Source of the DNA: Giardia intestinalis
Lineage: Eukaryota
Reading direction: 5' to 3' (one strand)
Assembly: GCA_000002435.2 (NCBI GenBank)
Contig: CM018792.1
DNA length: 64,000 nucleotides
A program made the translations under genes and the position numbers. Positions 1 through 9,800 of the stretch are shown in pieces. The notes beneath the pieces were generated by a model. The model worked only from the letters and a program-made list of their open reading frames with translations, was not told where the DNA came from and did not search any database. The first letter of the stretch is position 1. Every line of letters starts with the position of its first letter.

Positions 1-268
1 CCCAGAGGCTTCTGAATCTATCACTACCTCAATGGCCCATTCATGCGATGCAAACGCCATGTGTGAGGACTCTCAATACTTTCTTGCCACAACTATGAGA
101 CAAAGGCAGAGACACCGCCAGTGGAGCGTGTCTGGAACTGAGGATTGCGACTCGGAGGCCCTTATTCAGAGTATCCGGTGTCCCCTTCCTGTACTAAAGG
201 ACACCGCTCGTGCCAGCAAAGCCAAAAATAGCAAGCAGAATCTTCCACGGTTATTCTAATCCTTTTAA

Positions 269-1414
269 TCAGTTGTGTTCCAGTCCAGCACATCCATATT
301 CTTCATATAGTTGTCTCGTTATTCTAGAACGGAAGTACTCTGTAGTTTCAGCATAAGCTTGCATTCCATCGTAGACAGATGTTTGCGGATTGGGTAGTAC
401 GACTACATTGTCAACAGTAGTATTCGTCAATAAGGCATCTTTCAATATTTCTGTCAGTGGTGAAATCTTGGCTAGTCCTCCACATAGAAAAACGTTCGCT
501 TGTGAAAGGGCTTGTAACTCAGTTGGCAGGCTTTGGATGCATGTGGTAATTACGTTAGGGATATGGGCTACGATTTGCTCTAGTATGTTCTGCATGACAT
601 CTTCAGTGTTTCTGATATCTAGGACGTATCTGTCTTCATCGCCGCCCGGTGCTGGCAGTGAATCTAGAATGGGCTTGACAGAGTAGTTCTTCTTCTCGGG
701 GCAAAACGTAATTTCGATCTGTGAGTTTCCAGCTGCATCGAAGAAGCAATTTCGCAAAGACTCTACCAGCAAGCAGCGCTTTCTGATGTCAACCAGAAAC
801 CCTGGATCTATTGTCTCCTGTAACAGTTCAGTAAATAAATTATCTAATAGACTGCCCCCGCAATCTACGAAGGTGTGACTGTACAAGATTGGATTGGTGT
901 ACAAAAAGGCAGTGGTGTACACCCCCGCGTACCCCATGTCCAGCATGATTCCAGTAGTGGCATTGGCGAGTAGGGGATGCCTGGTTAGGTAAGCTTGTGG
1001 GGGCTGTGCAACCACAGAAGCAAACTGCATAGTCTCGAAGCAATATTCCAAGAGCTGCCTCCGTGCGGCTGGGTGTGCATCGATAGACGTCGTTGTGATC
1101 AGATCGAGATCAGAACAAGCAGGAACAAGGCTGTGTAAACAATTGGACAGCTTGCAATCCGAGTCTTGATATAATTGCAGAAGAGCGTCTCTCCAAATAG
1201 AACCTTCCAGGCTCCACTCATATATTTCACCAGCTTTACACACAGACGTCTTATATCCCTCTGTAATGAGTGGAAGTCCGTGGAGATAGCTCCCGTACAG
1301 AGGGATATTTGAATCACCGATACGGAGGGCATAGTTAGGGAAAATTCGTGGAGGCTCTCCAGCTAGCCCCATCTTGAGGGTGTGAGACCCATTGTCTAGT
1401 AGTATAGTTGGCAT
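269..1414 (-). CDS. Actin-related protein (actin fold; N-terminus MPTILLDNGSHTLKMG matches actin DNGSG phosphate-1 loop)
   Basis: 381-aa ORF starting at a true ATG (cat at 1412-1414). Actin/ARP fold signatures are present along its length. No stops. Confidence 0.7.
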   Translation of the reverse strand: MPTILLDNGSHTLKMGLAGEPPRIFPNYALRIGDSNIPLYGSYLHGLPLITEGYKTSVCKAGEIYEWSLEGSIWRDALLQLYQDSDCKLSNCLHSLVPACSDLDLITTTSIDAHPAARRQLLEYCFETMQFASVVAQPPQAYLTRHPLLANATTGIMLDMGYAGVYTTAFLYTNPILYSHTFVDCGGSLLDNLFTELLQETIDPGFLVDIRKRCLLVESLRNCFFDAAGNSQIEITFCPEKKNYSVKPILDSLPAPGGDEDRYVLDIRNTEDVMQNILEQIVAHIPNVITTCIQSLPTELQALSQANVFLCGGLAKISPLTEILKDALLTNTTVDNVVVLPNPQTSVYDGMQAYAETTEYFRSRITRQLYEEYGCAGLEHN

Positions 1415-2492
1415 GAAAGTATTTGAGCTCTATCTGGTAAAATTTATCCCTAAAACTGTTCGTTTACGCGTCATGCTTCAATCGAAAAGCCTCTTGAGAG
1501 TCCTCTCCTGGTTATGGGCAACGAACAAGGCCTACTGTGCCGTATTTTTAGCAAGCCTTCCAATTCAGCAAGTTCACCTTTTGCTTCTAGCAGCTCCAGC
1601 AACAACGAAGAAGATATACGAAATGACAGGAGTTCAGCTTCCTGCGCTCCCACCACTACTGACAAATATTCTTGCTCCGAGTAATTTGGACGCCGCACCA
1701 GTTGATCTTAATTTCGGAGGTAGCATCTGTCAATTACAATCTGTCAGCGAAGACACACGCAGTGTTAAATTAGGAACTACCAATCTCTTCTGTGACGGAG
1801 ACTTCGACCAGCGTTCACGCAAGCCATACTTTTCAACCCTAGAGATTCTTTCGGCAGAGCAGTGGCAGGCAGACGTTGACCTTTTCATCAATCGTCTTCT
1901 CAACCAACTGAGCAACGGACCCTACAGCAGTATTGCAATAGACTTTCCTGTAATTACCAGGGTCAGCCGAGAAGGTCAGACTCACCCCCACAACACAGAC
2001 TGGCCCATTTCATATCCTAATGTCGGCAAATGGCGCCGAAAATCAACCTGGAATAAGCTCTACACAGCCACACGAGATAGCTTTCGGCGACAGTGGTTTA
2101 AGTCGAACACTAATACTTACTCCGGTACTACTTCATACATTATCAAGACCACAGAGCATACCAGGAAAAACCCTCTTCTCCAGCTATTGCACACTATAAC
2201 TCTGTTCACTAAGGAGTCCAAGACACGATTGAAGTACTCACTCAGTCAAATAGAGCTCCTCGCGGTAGTGCTCAACACCATATCTGTCTATCAATGGCCC
2301 ATATCCAGGCAGTCTTTTGTTCAGCTTCTAGAGCACTGTACATCGTGTGCCTGCGAGGTATTCTCACTACTCAATCAGCAGGCCTTGCTCACTGTGGCTA
2401 CAAATACGTCTTCTTTAAATCATCCCGGGACACACTTTTACGCCGCACAATTATTGGCTCGAGCCTGCGAAAAGAGATGTGAGCATCATTGA
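1413..2492 (+). CDS. Hypothetical protein (no recognisable domain)
   Basis: Long ORF. The track start at 1392 is TTG. The first ATG is at 1413, overlapping the ARP ATG on the other strand within the palindrome CATG. The true start may be further downstream (Met at track residues 28 or 78). Confidence 0.4.
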   Translation: MKVFELYLVKFIPKTVRLRVMLQSKSLLRVLSWLWATNKAYCAVFLASLPIQQVHLLLLAAPATTKKIYEMTGVQLPALPPLLTNILAPSNLDAAPVDLNFGGSICQLQSVSEDTRSVKLGTTNLFCDGDFDQRSRKPYFSTLEILSAEQWQADVDLFINRLLNQLSNGPYSSIAIDFPVITRVSREGQTHPHNTDWPISYPNVGKWRRKSTWNKLYTATRDSFRRQWFKSNTNTYSGTTSYIIKTTEHTRKNPLLQLLHTITLFTKESKTRLKYSLSQIELLAVVLNTISVYQWPISRQSFVQLLEHCTSCACEVFSLLNQQALLTVATNTSSLNHPGTHFYAAQLLARACEKRCEHH

Positions 2493-2749
2493 TGAGCCGA
2501 GCATTCAGGAGAGGCTGTTACCCACACTCACACAGAAGCAAAGAAGCGATTCGGATCACAGGATAAACTGACAGGCAAGTAACGAGAAGTAGGCTTAAGT
2601 AAAGGACTGTATGACTGCTAATCACCCAGATCGCTCTGGGAACTCAACCAGTCGCGCTCTAGCCGGCCTCTGACGCGCCTGTGCACACAGACGTAACTCA
2701 GCTGGCATTTTTAACTTGGCAAAAAGAAAAGAACCCCCTATCAAACTGG

Positions 2750-3097
2750 ATGGCGTACGCACACATCACTCTGAGTCATGAGTTCCCAGCCGTAGAGATG
2801 GAGGACTTTGTTAAATGCACAACCCAAGCAATATGCGATGCAACCGGAAAGCCGGAGGCATACATACTGGTTACTGCGTCCCGAGAAAACCTCATTGTCG
2901 GCCTCCTTCCCCAAAGCCAGGTCTTCGTGCAGCTCACCATAATCGGCATCGACGACCCCTTTCGATCCGAGCAGATATCGAAGTTTATCTGCCGACGTTT
3001 ACTATTATATAAAAGGGAGCTCGCCTCATCGCAGGTGAACATAGTGATAAATTACAAGCAACGGGGGACACTGTGCGTTTGCGGCAACCAAATCTGA
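2750..3097 (+). CDS. Macrophage migration inhibitory factor (MIF)/tautomerase-superfamily homolog, 115 aa
   Basis: Track ORF starts at GTG 2681. From the first ATG (2750) the product is exactly 115 aa and aligns with MIF along its length (..AICDATGKPEAYILV.., ..LTIIGIDDP.., ..IVINY..). Residue 2 is Ala, not the catalytic Pro. Confidence 0.65.
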   Translation: MAYAHITLSHEFPAVEMEDFVKCTTQAICDATGKPEAYILVTASRENLIVGLLPQSQVFVQLTIIGIDDPFRSEQISKFICRRLLLYKRELASSQVNIVINYKQRGTLCVCGNQI

Positions 3098-3124
3098 GCA
3101 TCGTGGGTTGCTAGATCGGCTCGG

Positions 3125-4138
3125 CTAGTCGCTCTCCTCCTCGTATTCCTCTTCATCGTACTCCTCGTCACCTTGTTTTTCGAGCCAATCTAGGAAAGGC
3201 CCCGCAGCCTCTACAACGCGTTCGTGGTACTCAACTGGAACCACTGGAATTGTTACGTCAGTGATCCAGGCGTTGACGGCGTTCTTATCAATGAGCTCGG
3301 ATCTATACAGCTCTAACAAGATAGCAGACAGAAGGTTTGTTTTAGAGTTCAGCATCTCCTCTTCGTACTTCCTCGTAATGCAGTCCAGTGAATGAAGAAT
3401 GCTAAGCCCGTCGTCTTTCGTGAGGATTTCTCGCAGAACGGGTACGCACTCTTTTACATAGCTGAGGGCAGGCTTGTCCACGTCGAAGAGGGCAGCCATA
3501 TAGAAGAAAACAATCTCATCTTCCCGGAGTATACGGTTCTTCATCGCTTCATCAGCGATCTCCTGTAGCTCTCCGGCCTTTGCAGATGGTGCGATGTCAT
3601 ACCTCATAACCTTCCTAATCCGCGGATAGAGGATGACAGGAGACTTTACACGGCTGGCATCGGGGCGATCTGATGCCCCTGTCTTTCCCTGCTCTGCACG
3701 GACTTTTTGCTCCATGACCTTTGTAACGTATTTTGTGAACCTGTCGGCTGCAAGAGGCCTTGCCTGCCCACACGCGGCGCAGACCATGGAAAGGCCCTTC
3801 TCCTTAAGAATGTATGATGTCTCAGGGTTAGAACAGGCCTGGCATAAGACATGTGTGAACACGTAATCCTTGAGAACCCTGCTTGCCTCAGCAATGGTGG
3901 CGCTGCCAGTAAAAGTCACGGATCCCTCACTTGGGTTGTAGCGCCCGAAGTTTCCAAACCCTAGCTGAAAAAACTTGGTTATTTCCTCTGGGGACCGATG
4001 AAGGGCGAGAGCGACATCCTTCAAGTTTTCGATGACAAACTGTGCTCCATTGCCACGACCCTGGGAGCGGACCTCCATGACCGGCATCTTGTAACGATAA
4101 TTGGGATCATCGGTAAAATTGATATTGATGCGTTTCAT
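3125..4138 (-). CDS. EIF5: Eukaryotic translation initiation factor 5 (eIF5): N-terminal eIF2beta/eIF5 zinc-binding domain plus C-terminal W2 domain and acidic tail
   Basis: Strong match to eIF5 (MKRININ..DPNYRYKMP..., C-x2-C...C-x2-C zinc ribbon, W2-like C-terminus, DEEYDEEEYEEESD tail). Track start 4171 is TTG; first ATG is at 4138 (cat 4136-4138). Confidence 0.9.
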   Translation of the reverse strand: MKRININFTDDPNYRYKMPVMEVRSQGRGNGAQFVIENLKDVALALHRSPEEITKFFQLGFGNFGRYNPSEGSVTFTGSATIAEASRVLKDYVFTHVLCQACSNPETSYILKEKGLSMVCAACGQARPLAADRFTKYVTKVMEQKVRAEQGKTGASDRPDASRVKSPVILYPRIRKVMRYDIAPSAKAGELQEIADEAMKNRILREDEIVFFYMAALFDVDKPALSYVKECVPVLREILTKDDGLSILHSLDCITRKYEEEMLNSKTNLLSAILLELYRSELIDKNAVNAWITDVTIPVVPVEYHERVVEAAGPFLDWLEKQGDEEYDEEEYEEESD

Positions 4139-4256
4139 CCGTCCTCTTTCTCGGAAGGTGAGAATGCCCAAAAGTAAGTGCTTCCCGCAATCAAGTTAAA
4201 ATAAAAACAATTTTAATTTGGAATCTCACTGGATTTAAGAGCACCCTCCGAGAAGC

Positions 4257-4796
4257 ATGGGTATCGATCTAAAGACGGGGATCAAGAAGCGCAAGGTGGA
4301 GCGTAAGGAGCCGAAATCGCCGAACCCATACATCCGTCTACTGCATAACGCATTCAAAGTTGTGTACGAGAACACGGGAGAGGATTTCACCAAGGTCCTG
4401 ACGAAGCGCCTCTGTCTTTCCAAGACAAACAGGCCCGTCCTTTCGGTGAGCCGCCTTGCACACCTGATGCATAAGAGAGAAGACAAGATCGCCGTAGTTG
4501 CGTCCACAGTCACTAACGACGAGCGCCTTGTCACAATCCCGAGGATGACCATCTGCGCCCTGAAGTTCTCTGCGACCGCGCGCTCTCGCATAGAAAAGGC
4601 GGGTGGAAGATGCATGTCCTTCGATGAGCTTCTCGCAGAGAAGCCCACTGGGGACAACTGCGTCCTTCTACAGGGCCGTCGCTCGTGCCGCGCAGTCTGC
4701 AAGAAGTTCGGCTCCCCAGGTAGGCCAAACTCCCATGTCAAGCCCAAGGGAGAGCACAAGGGCCGCAGAGGTGCCCGTGGCCGTCACTCGTGGTAA
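4257..4796 (+). CDS. RPL18: 60S ribosomal protein L18 (eL18)
   Basis: Full-length similarity to eL18 (MGIDL..RKEPKS..YIRLL..TNRP.LS.SRL...ARSRI.KAGG). True ATG preceded by ttttaatttgg...aagcATG. AGTAAAC motif lies 15 nt after the stop. Confidence 0.92.
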   Translation: MGIDLKTGIKKRKVERKEPKSPNPYIRLLHNAFKVVYENTGEDFTKVLTKRLCLSKTNRPVLSVSRLAHLMHKREDKIAVVASTVTNDERLVTIPRMTICALKFSATARSRIEKAGGRCMSFDELLAEKPTGDNCVLLQGRRSCRAVCKKFGSPGRPNSHVKPKGEHKGRRGARGRHSW

Positions 4797-5323
4797 TCTC
4801 GTGGTTCAAGTAAACCGTGCCGCTTTTTCGTTACTAACGGACATGGCACACTCGTCAACTGAACGCCGGCTACGGATTCTCAGATGTCAATGATCAGATT
4901 AGGCTAAATCGGTCACCAACAGCAAAAAAGTCCGTCAAGTCCGCTTCACACCTGTCCCGGGGCCATTACTAATGCACCTCGGGGGCGCAGATTTGGGTGG
5001 ACCGGGCAGAGACCTATACGAACCTAAGGAGTAAGTATTTATATGCCTCTGTTGCGAGATATAATCCGTTCCCCTGCTAATGGAGCAGTTCGAGGATAAG
5101 CTATAGGGGTTGTCGGATTGCTTAGCAGATATTCTGCTAGCGCCTATCATCTTTGACACTCTGACATGCAAATAGTCCACATTTGACCGGCCATGGCTGC
5201 AGATGGCTCCTCCGGCGCGTGAGTGTCCATGAATTCCATACTGATAGACGCTTCCGCCACACGAATAATTCGGGGACGACGTATATGGGGTCGACCGTGA
5301 ACGCTGTGGAGCACGTCCATCAG

Positions 5324-6739
5324 TCATTGTTTTTTGGATCGCCGAATGCTGTTCTTCTGAGATCCATTCTTTAGAGACTCGGTCTTGTAAGGTTGATTGT
5401 TCAGTAAGAGACGTACTTCACTTATATATTCGTCGTCATCCAGTATCGTTATCTGAAAGACCTTGCTACGTGCACCAAAGAAGTAGACGTTAGAAGAGAG
5501 AACAGAAAGAGGTATATACGCACGGATCCACGAGAACTTCATCTGCTTGAGGAGACAGCGTGAGGTTATTGCATATTGGTATGCGCTGACTGTTTGGGCC
5601 AGCACAGCGTTGACGAAAATTAGGCCTAGAATACAGCGGTTTCTATTTGTTGTCTGAAGGTCAAGAGACATTTCTGTTAGAATAGGAGGTGCTAAAAGCC
5701 CCATGATCGGCGAAATGAACCTTTGAGGGAGGTAAGGAGTATAGCAGAGTACATCAGCCATGTAGGCAGATTTGTCTGGGAATAAAAGAAAGTATGACTC
5801 AATAAGAAATATAACATACGATGCATCGTTAGTCGATGGCGGATTAGAGCAGTCTTGATCTACCTGGCATTGGACTTCTGGGAAGACAAGACTCTCTGTG
5901 TTTAGGAGGTCATCAGAAGCATCTGTACACATGCTGGCCATTAATAGGAGACTCTTAGTAGGCAGGAGCTTGTGCGAAAAAAGGGGATTTTGAAAACAAG
6001 AACTGAGGGATTGCATGCGAGTAGTTTCAGTAGGCAAAGAAGCAGAAGTAGGTGCTAGTTCAGAGCAAGAATCTGGGTCCTGAGCATATGTGTAGCTTTT
6101 TATAGTCTCAGCGAGTCGTGAAGAATATCTATGAAACGCGCAAAAAGCTAGCCATGTGAAATACTCATCATCGGGAGTTGGAGTAGAATCTGTCCGGTGA
6201 ACATCTGCAACACGGTCAATGATCACGGATAACAGATCTACAATGGATTTCAGGTCACTGTCGTCAGTGCTACCTTCACTGCAAGTAGGACCAGGAGAGG
6301 ACATCAGAGAAGAAGCAAGCGAGACATGATCCTGTCTGTGTATAAGTGCTGCGTGCAACCGTAAGAGAAAAATGAGTCCAAGAGCATATGGATTGGACCA
6401 AAGTACTTTTATTTTAATCATGTCAATAAAGATGCAATCCTCCAATCCAACCATTCGCAAATTTAAAGGGCTAATTACTGACCGTGCACCTAACAATAAA
6501 ACACCAAGTAATGACATTAAAACGAGCAGGGCCGTACGGGAATACCGGGTGCCAGAAGAGTCTTTTGCTGCCTCTATTAGCTGCCTAAGCGCTTGATGGA
6601 TTTCTATACGGTGACTGGGGAATTCTCCGTAGCCAATAGTCTCTGCAATGGACGCAAAGACATTCAATATATGAGTTACGTTCCACTCGTCAATGGGCCC
6701 GTCAAGAACACAAGTTACATAGGCAAAGCCGGATAGCAT
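5324..6739 (-). CDS. Hypothetical protein, 471 aa
   Basis: Uninterrupted ORF from a true ATG; no recognisable motif. Confidence 0.5.
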   Translation of the reverse strand: MLSGFAYVTCVLDGPIDEWNVTHILNVFASIAETIGYGEFPSHRIEIHQALRQLIEAAKDSSGTRYSRTALLVLMSLLGVLLLGARSVISPLNLRMVGLEDCIFIDMIKIKVLWSNPYALGLIFLLRLHAALIHRQDHVSLASSLMSSPGPTCSEGSTDDSDLKSIVDLLSVIIDRVADVHRTDSTPTPDDEYFTWLAFCAFHRYSSRLAETIKSYTYAQDPDSCSELAPTSASLPTETTRMQSLSSCFQNPLFSHKLLPTKSLLLMASMCTDASDDLLNTESLVFPEVQCQVDQDCSNPPSTNDASYVIFLIESYFLLFPDKSAYMADVLCYTPYLPQRFISPIMGLLAPPILTEMSLDLQTTNRNRCILGLIFVNAVLAQTVSAYQYAITSRCLLKQMKFSWIRAYIPLSVLSSNVYFFGARSKVFQITILDDDEYISEVRLLLNNQPYKTESLKNGSQKNSIRRSKKQ

Positions 6740-6812
6740 GCAAGTTGAGGATTATCAATTGAAGTCTGGGAGAGTCGGTTATTCAAAATAATTTTAAAGG
6801 AGGGAGTCCCTG

Positions 6813-9800
6813 ATGGTCTACGCGCAGCTTAACCTACAGACAGAGCGCGTCAAGTGCGTGGTTTTTCACCCAAAGCGTCCATGGGTTATTTTTTCGTGCC
6901 AAAACGGCGTTGTCGAGCTTTGGGATTATGTGACCAAGGCTCTCATCGACAAGTTCCGTGCCCACAACTCTCCTGTTCGCTGCATCGACTTTCACCCAAC
7001 TCAACCACTCTTTGTTACGGGAGGAGATGATGCGACGATTAAGCTCTGGTCGTTGAGCGATCGTAAGCTTCTCTATGTCTTCACGGGTCACACAGACTAC
7101 GTTCGCAGCGTGTTTTTCCACCCAGACATCCATCCGTACATTCTCTCTGCATCAGACGACAACACTGCGCGAATTTGGAACTGGCAGAGTCGCCAAAGAG
7201 TTGCAGACCTAGTTGGTCACCGCGACTTGGTCATGTGCGCCCGCTGGCATCCCACAGAAGACCTAATTGTTACTGCGTCTATGGATGCCACCGTCCGTGT
7301 GTGGGACATTAGCTCTATTCGAACGAAGGGGGCTACAGGCAGATTCCAGCAGCTAGCAATGCAAGCTCTCTCCTTGCCTCATACCATAATTAGTAGTTCT
7401 GTGGTAGGCACAGGCCATGGCAGAGGCGTTAACTGGGTCTCATGGATGCCAGACGCCGGCAACTACTTCCTTTCGGGGTCTGACGATACTAAGTGCAAGC
7501 TTTGGCATCTGACTCGTGGCAGCTCTACTGGCCTTTCATTGCTGGGACCTGATGCTCTTCTTTATTGCTCCTCTACCATAGAAAAGCACACGGGTAACGT
7601 TTCTGTAGTTGAACCATCAGTAAGGAACGTCATTCTTACTGCCGGTGTCGATGGTAGGCTTTGTCTCTTCTCATTGTCCAATCGTGCTTATATAGGTAGC
7701 ATTACGGTGCACGACCTGGATCCGACAGCAACCGTATCAAGCCTCGCCCCATCTGATCATAAGATGTTACGCTGGTGGTCCCTTCGAGAACATCCGACCA
7801 TCAATATGTGGGCCGCAGGACATGACGGTGGCTTATGCATATTCTCCACACAACTGGAAGAGTCAGTAGGAACAGTGGAGGGGGACACATGTTACTTCAT
7901 CGATTCTCATAAGCTCATCTCGACAAATCTGAAAGCCATTGTCGCTGATGCTAGCACAAAGCCAACTGTCAAGGTTGAGGCTTCTCTTATCAAACAAACT
8001 GCCAGGAGCGGTGCATTCGGCTCATCTGTCGTTGTGGTAGAGCCAGTGGATATCATAGTTATGGGAAACCCGTTTCCCTTCATAGTCTCGTACTGGGACG
8101 GAAAGAACAGGTTCATTGTGCCGTACGCAACCTTGAAAGACTGCTCTCCAAGCAGCTATGATCCGAAAAATGTTATAGAAGTCTCTAGCAATGTGGCCAG
8201 ACTATCTGCCTCACACGTGGCGTGGATACAACGGTCTAGTGAAGGCCTAGTTCTCGCTGTTGCCTTTGTGGGTACAGGGGGGCTGACAATTAAGACTATG
8301 CACCCTGTTTCTTCCACAGTCCTCTCTGTCTTCCCAGGAAGAACGGAGTCTGAAGTTATCATTTCCTCTCCAACGAAGCTATCTCTTTACACCTTGAGCA
8401 ATCTTTCGACAAACCAGCCTATTGTCCTACTCAAGTCGCTATCTGTTCCTCAGTTAATTCAGCACGCTTACTACTCTAATGACCAACAATATCTCGCAGT
8501 GGTAGCTCACGAGTTCGTGGCTCTTATCAATATGGATACGTTTACTATTAATACGTCTCAAATGTCGCATACTGCGATAAGTCGCGGGGTATGGGGGCTT
8601 ATTGGCCGTGGACTGGAGGAGTCTGAGCAGCGCACCGCCAATGCTTTTATCTACTCCACCTATACGCACATATGTTATATGTTGCCATTCATCTCACCAA
8701 CTGCTTCGGAAGCAAATCGACTAGCCGCCCATACTCAAAAGATATCTAGGGTGACTAAGCCTATTGCTGGGATTCTGACGTCGCTCAATAGGCCTATTTG
8801 CATAGTCTCTGCATCCGGCCAGGTCATTGTTTACTTGGATAGGCACGAAGGGCTAAAGTGCATTGAGTTTGACTCCAGGGTTGCAGGACTGGTCCAGGCT
8901 GTTGCGTCTGGCAGAGCGGACGACGCCTCGATCATGCTGGCTCGGTTACAGAACACTCCCCTGGGGCTGTCTCTCTCAAAGACTTTGCTGGATATGAATA
9001 GGCCTGACTTGGCTCTCGCCGCGCTCCCTAAAGATGAGATACAGATCCGTGACGAGCTTGCTCTTAACTTGGGTCTTCTGGACCATGTCTGTCATGACAC
9101 AAAGTCTCAATCTGCCAATAGCTACCACATTTGGCTTCGTATTTTTGCAGAGTCTCTTGCCCAAGGACAGGGCCTCATCGCCAGGGACGCCCTTCTAAAA
9201 ATAGCTCGCATAGACCTCTTAGGCTTTCTGCTGTCTCTATATAATACTACGCTATCTGGGTCGCTAAGCAAGCTGGACTATAGTCGCCTATCTACTTCTT
9301 CGAGCATTCAAGAATGTCTGAACGCTGCAGTATTAGTAGGGGACAAATCCCTGTTCCACTCGACTCTGCTTCGCGCCGGGCTCTCAATTCCTGCTAAGAT
9401 ATTTGGGGAGGCTAATGGGATAGACACTCCCGTGGAGCAGGCGAGCGCACCACCTGTTTCCCCAACAAAGACGATTTCTATAGGCAAAAAGATCACCGTG
9501 CCCTTACGCAAGGGAAGCTTGCGAAACTACCCCACCACCTCTTTACTTAATACATACGAGTCTCTTATGCGAGAGATTGCCTCTGCCGCCGAGCATGAAC
9601 TTCCAGCTGAAGGAAAGCGCTACCAAGGATGGGGCAGTGACGATGACGACGTTGACTGCGTGTTGCCGGCTGAGCCGGTTAAGGGCTCCGTACAGATGAC
9701 TTCGGGACCATCTGAGCCACTGGATGCAACTCAGGCATCTGAGGCAGCTGCCGATTCTGCAATTGTAGTTCCTTCTCATGGAGTCAACGTAGTTTCAAAG

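Noticed and set aside
32-259. 75-aa ORF at the window start
   Set aside because: Short, Cys/Arg-rich, no motif, and adjacent to the window edge where an unseen upstream gene could overlap; not reported as a feature.
4935-5327. 130-aa minus-strand ORF in the long intergenic gap
   Set aside because: Low-complexity Ser/Gly/Arg-rich translation, no initiator context, no motif; probably non-coding.
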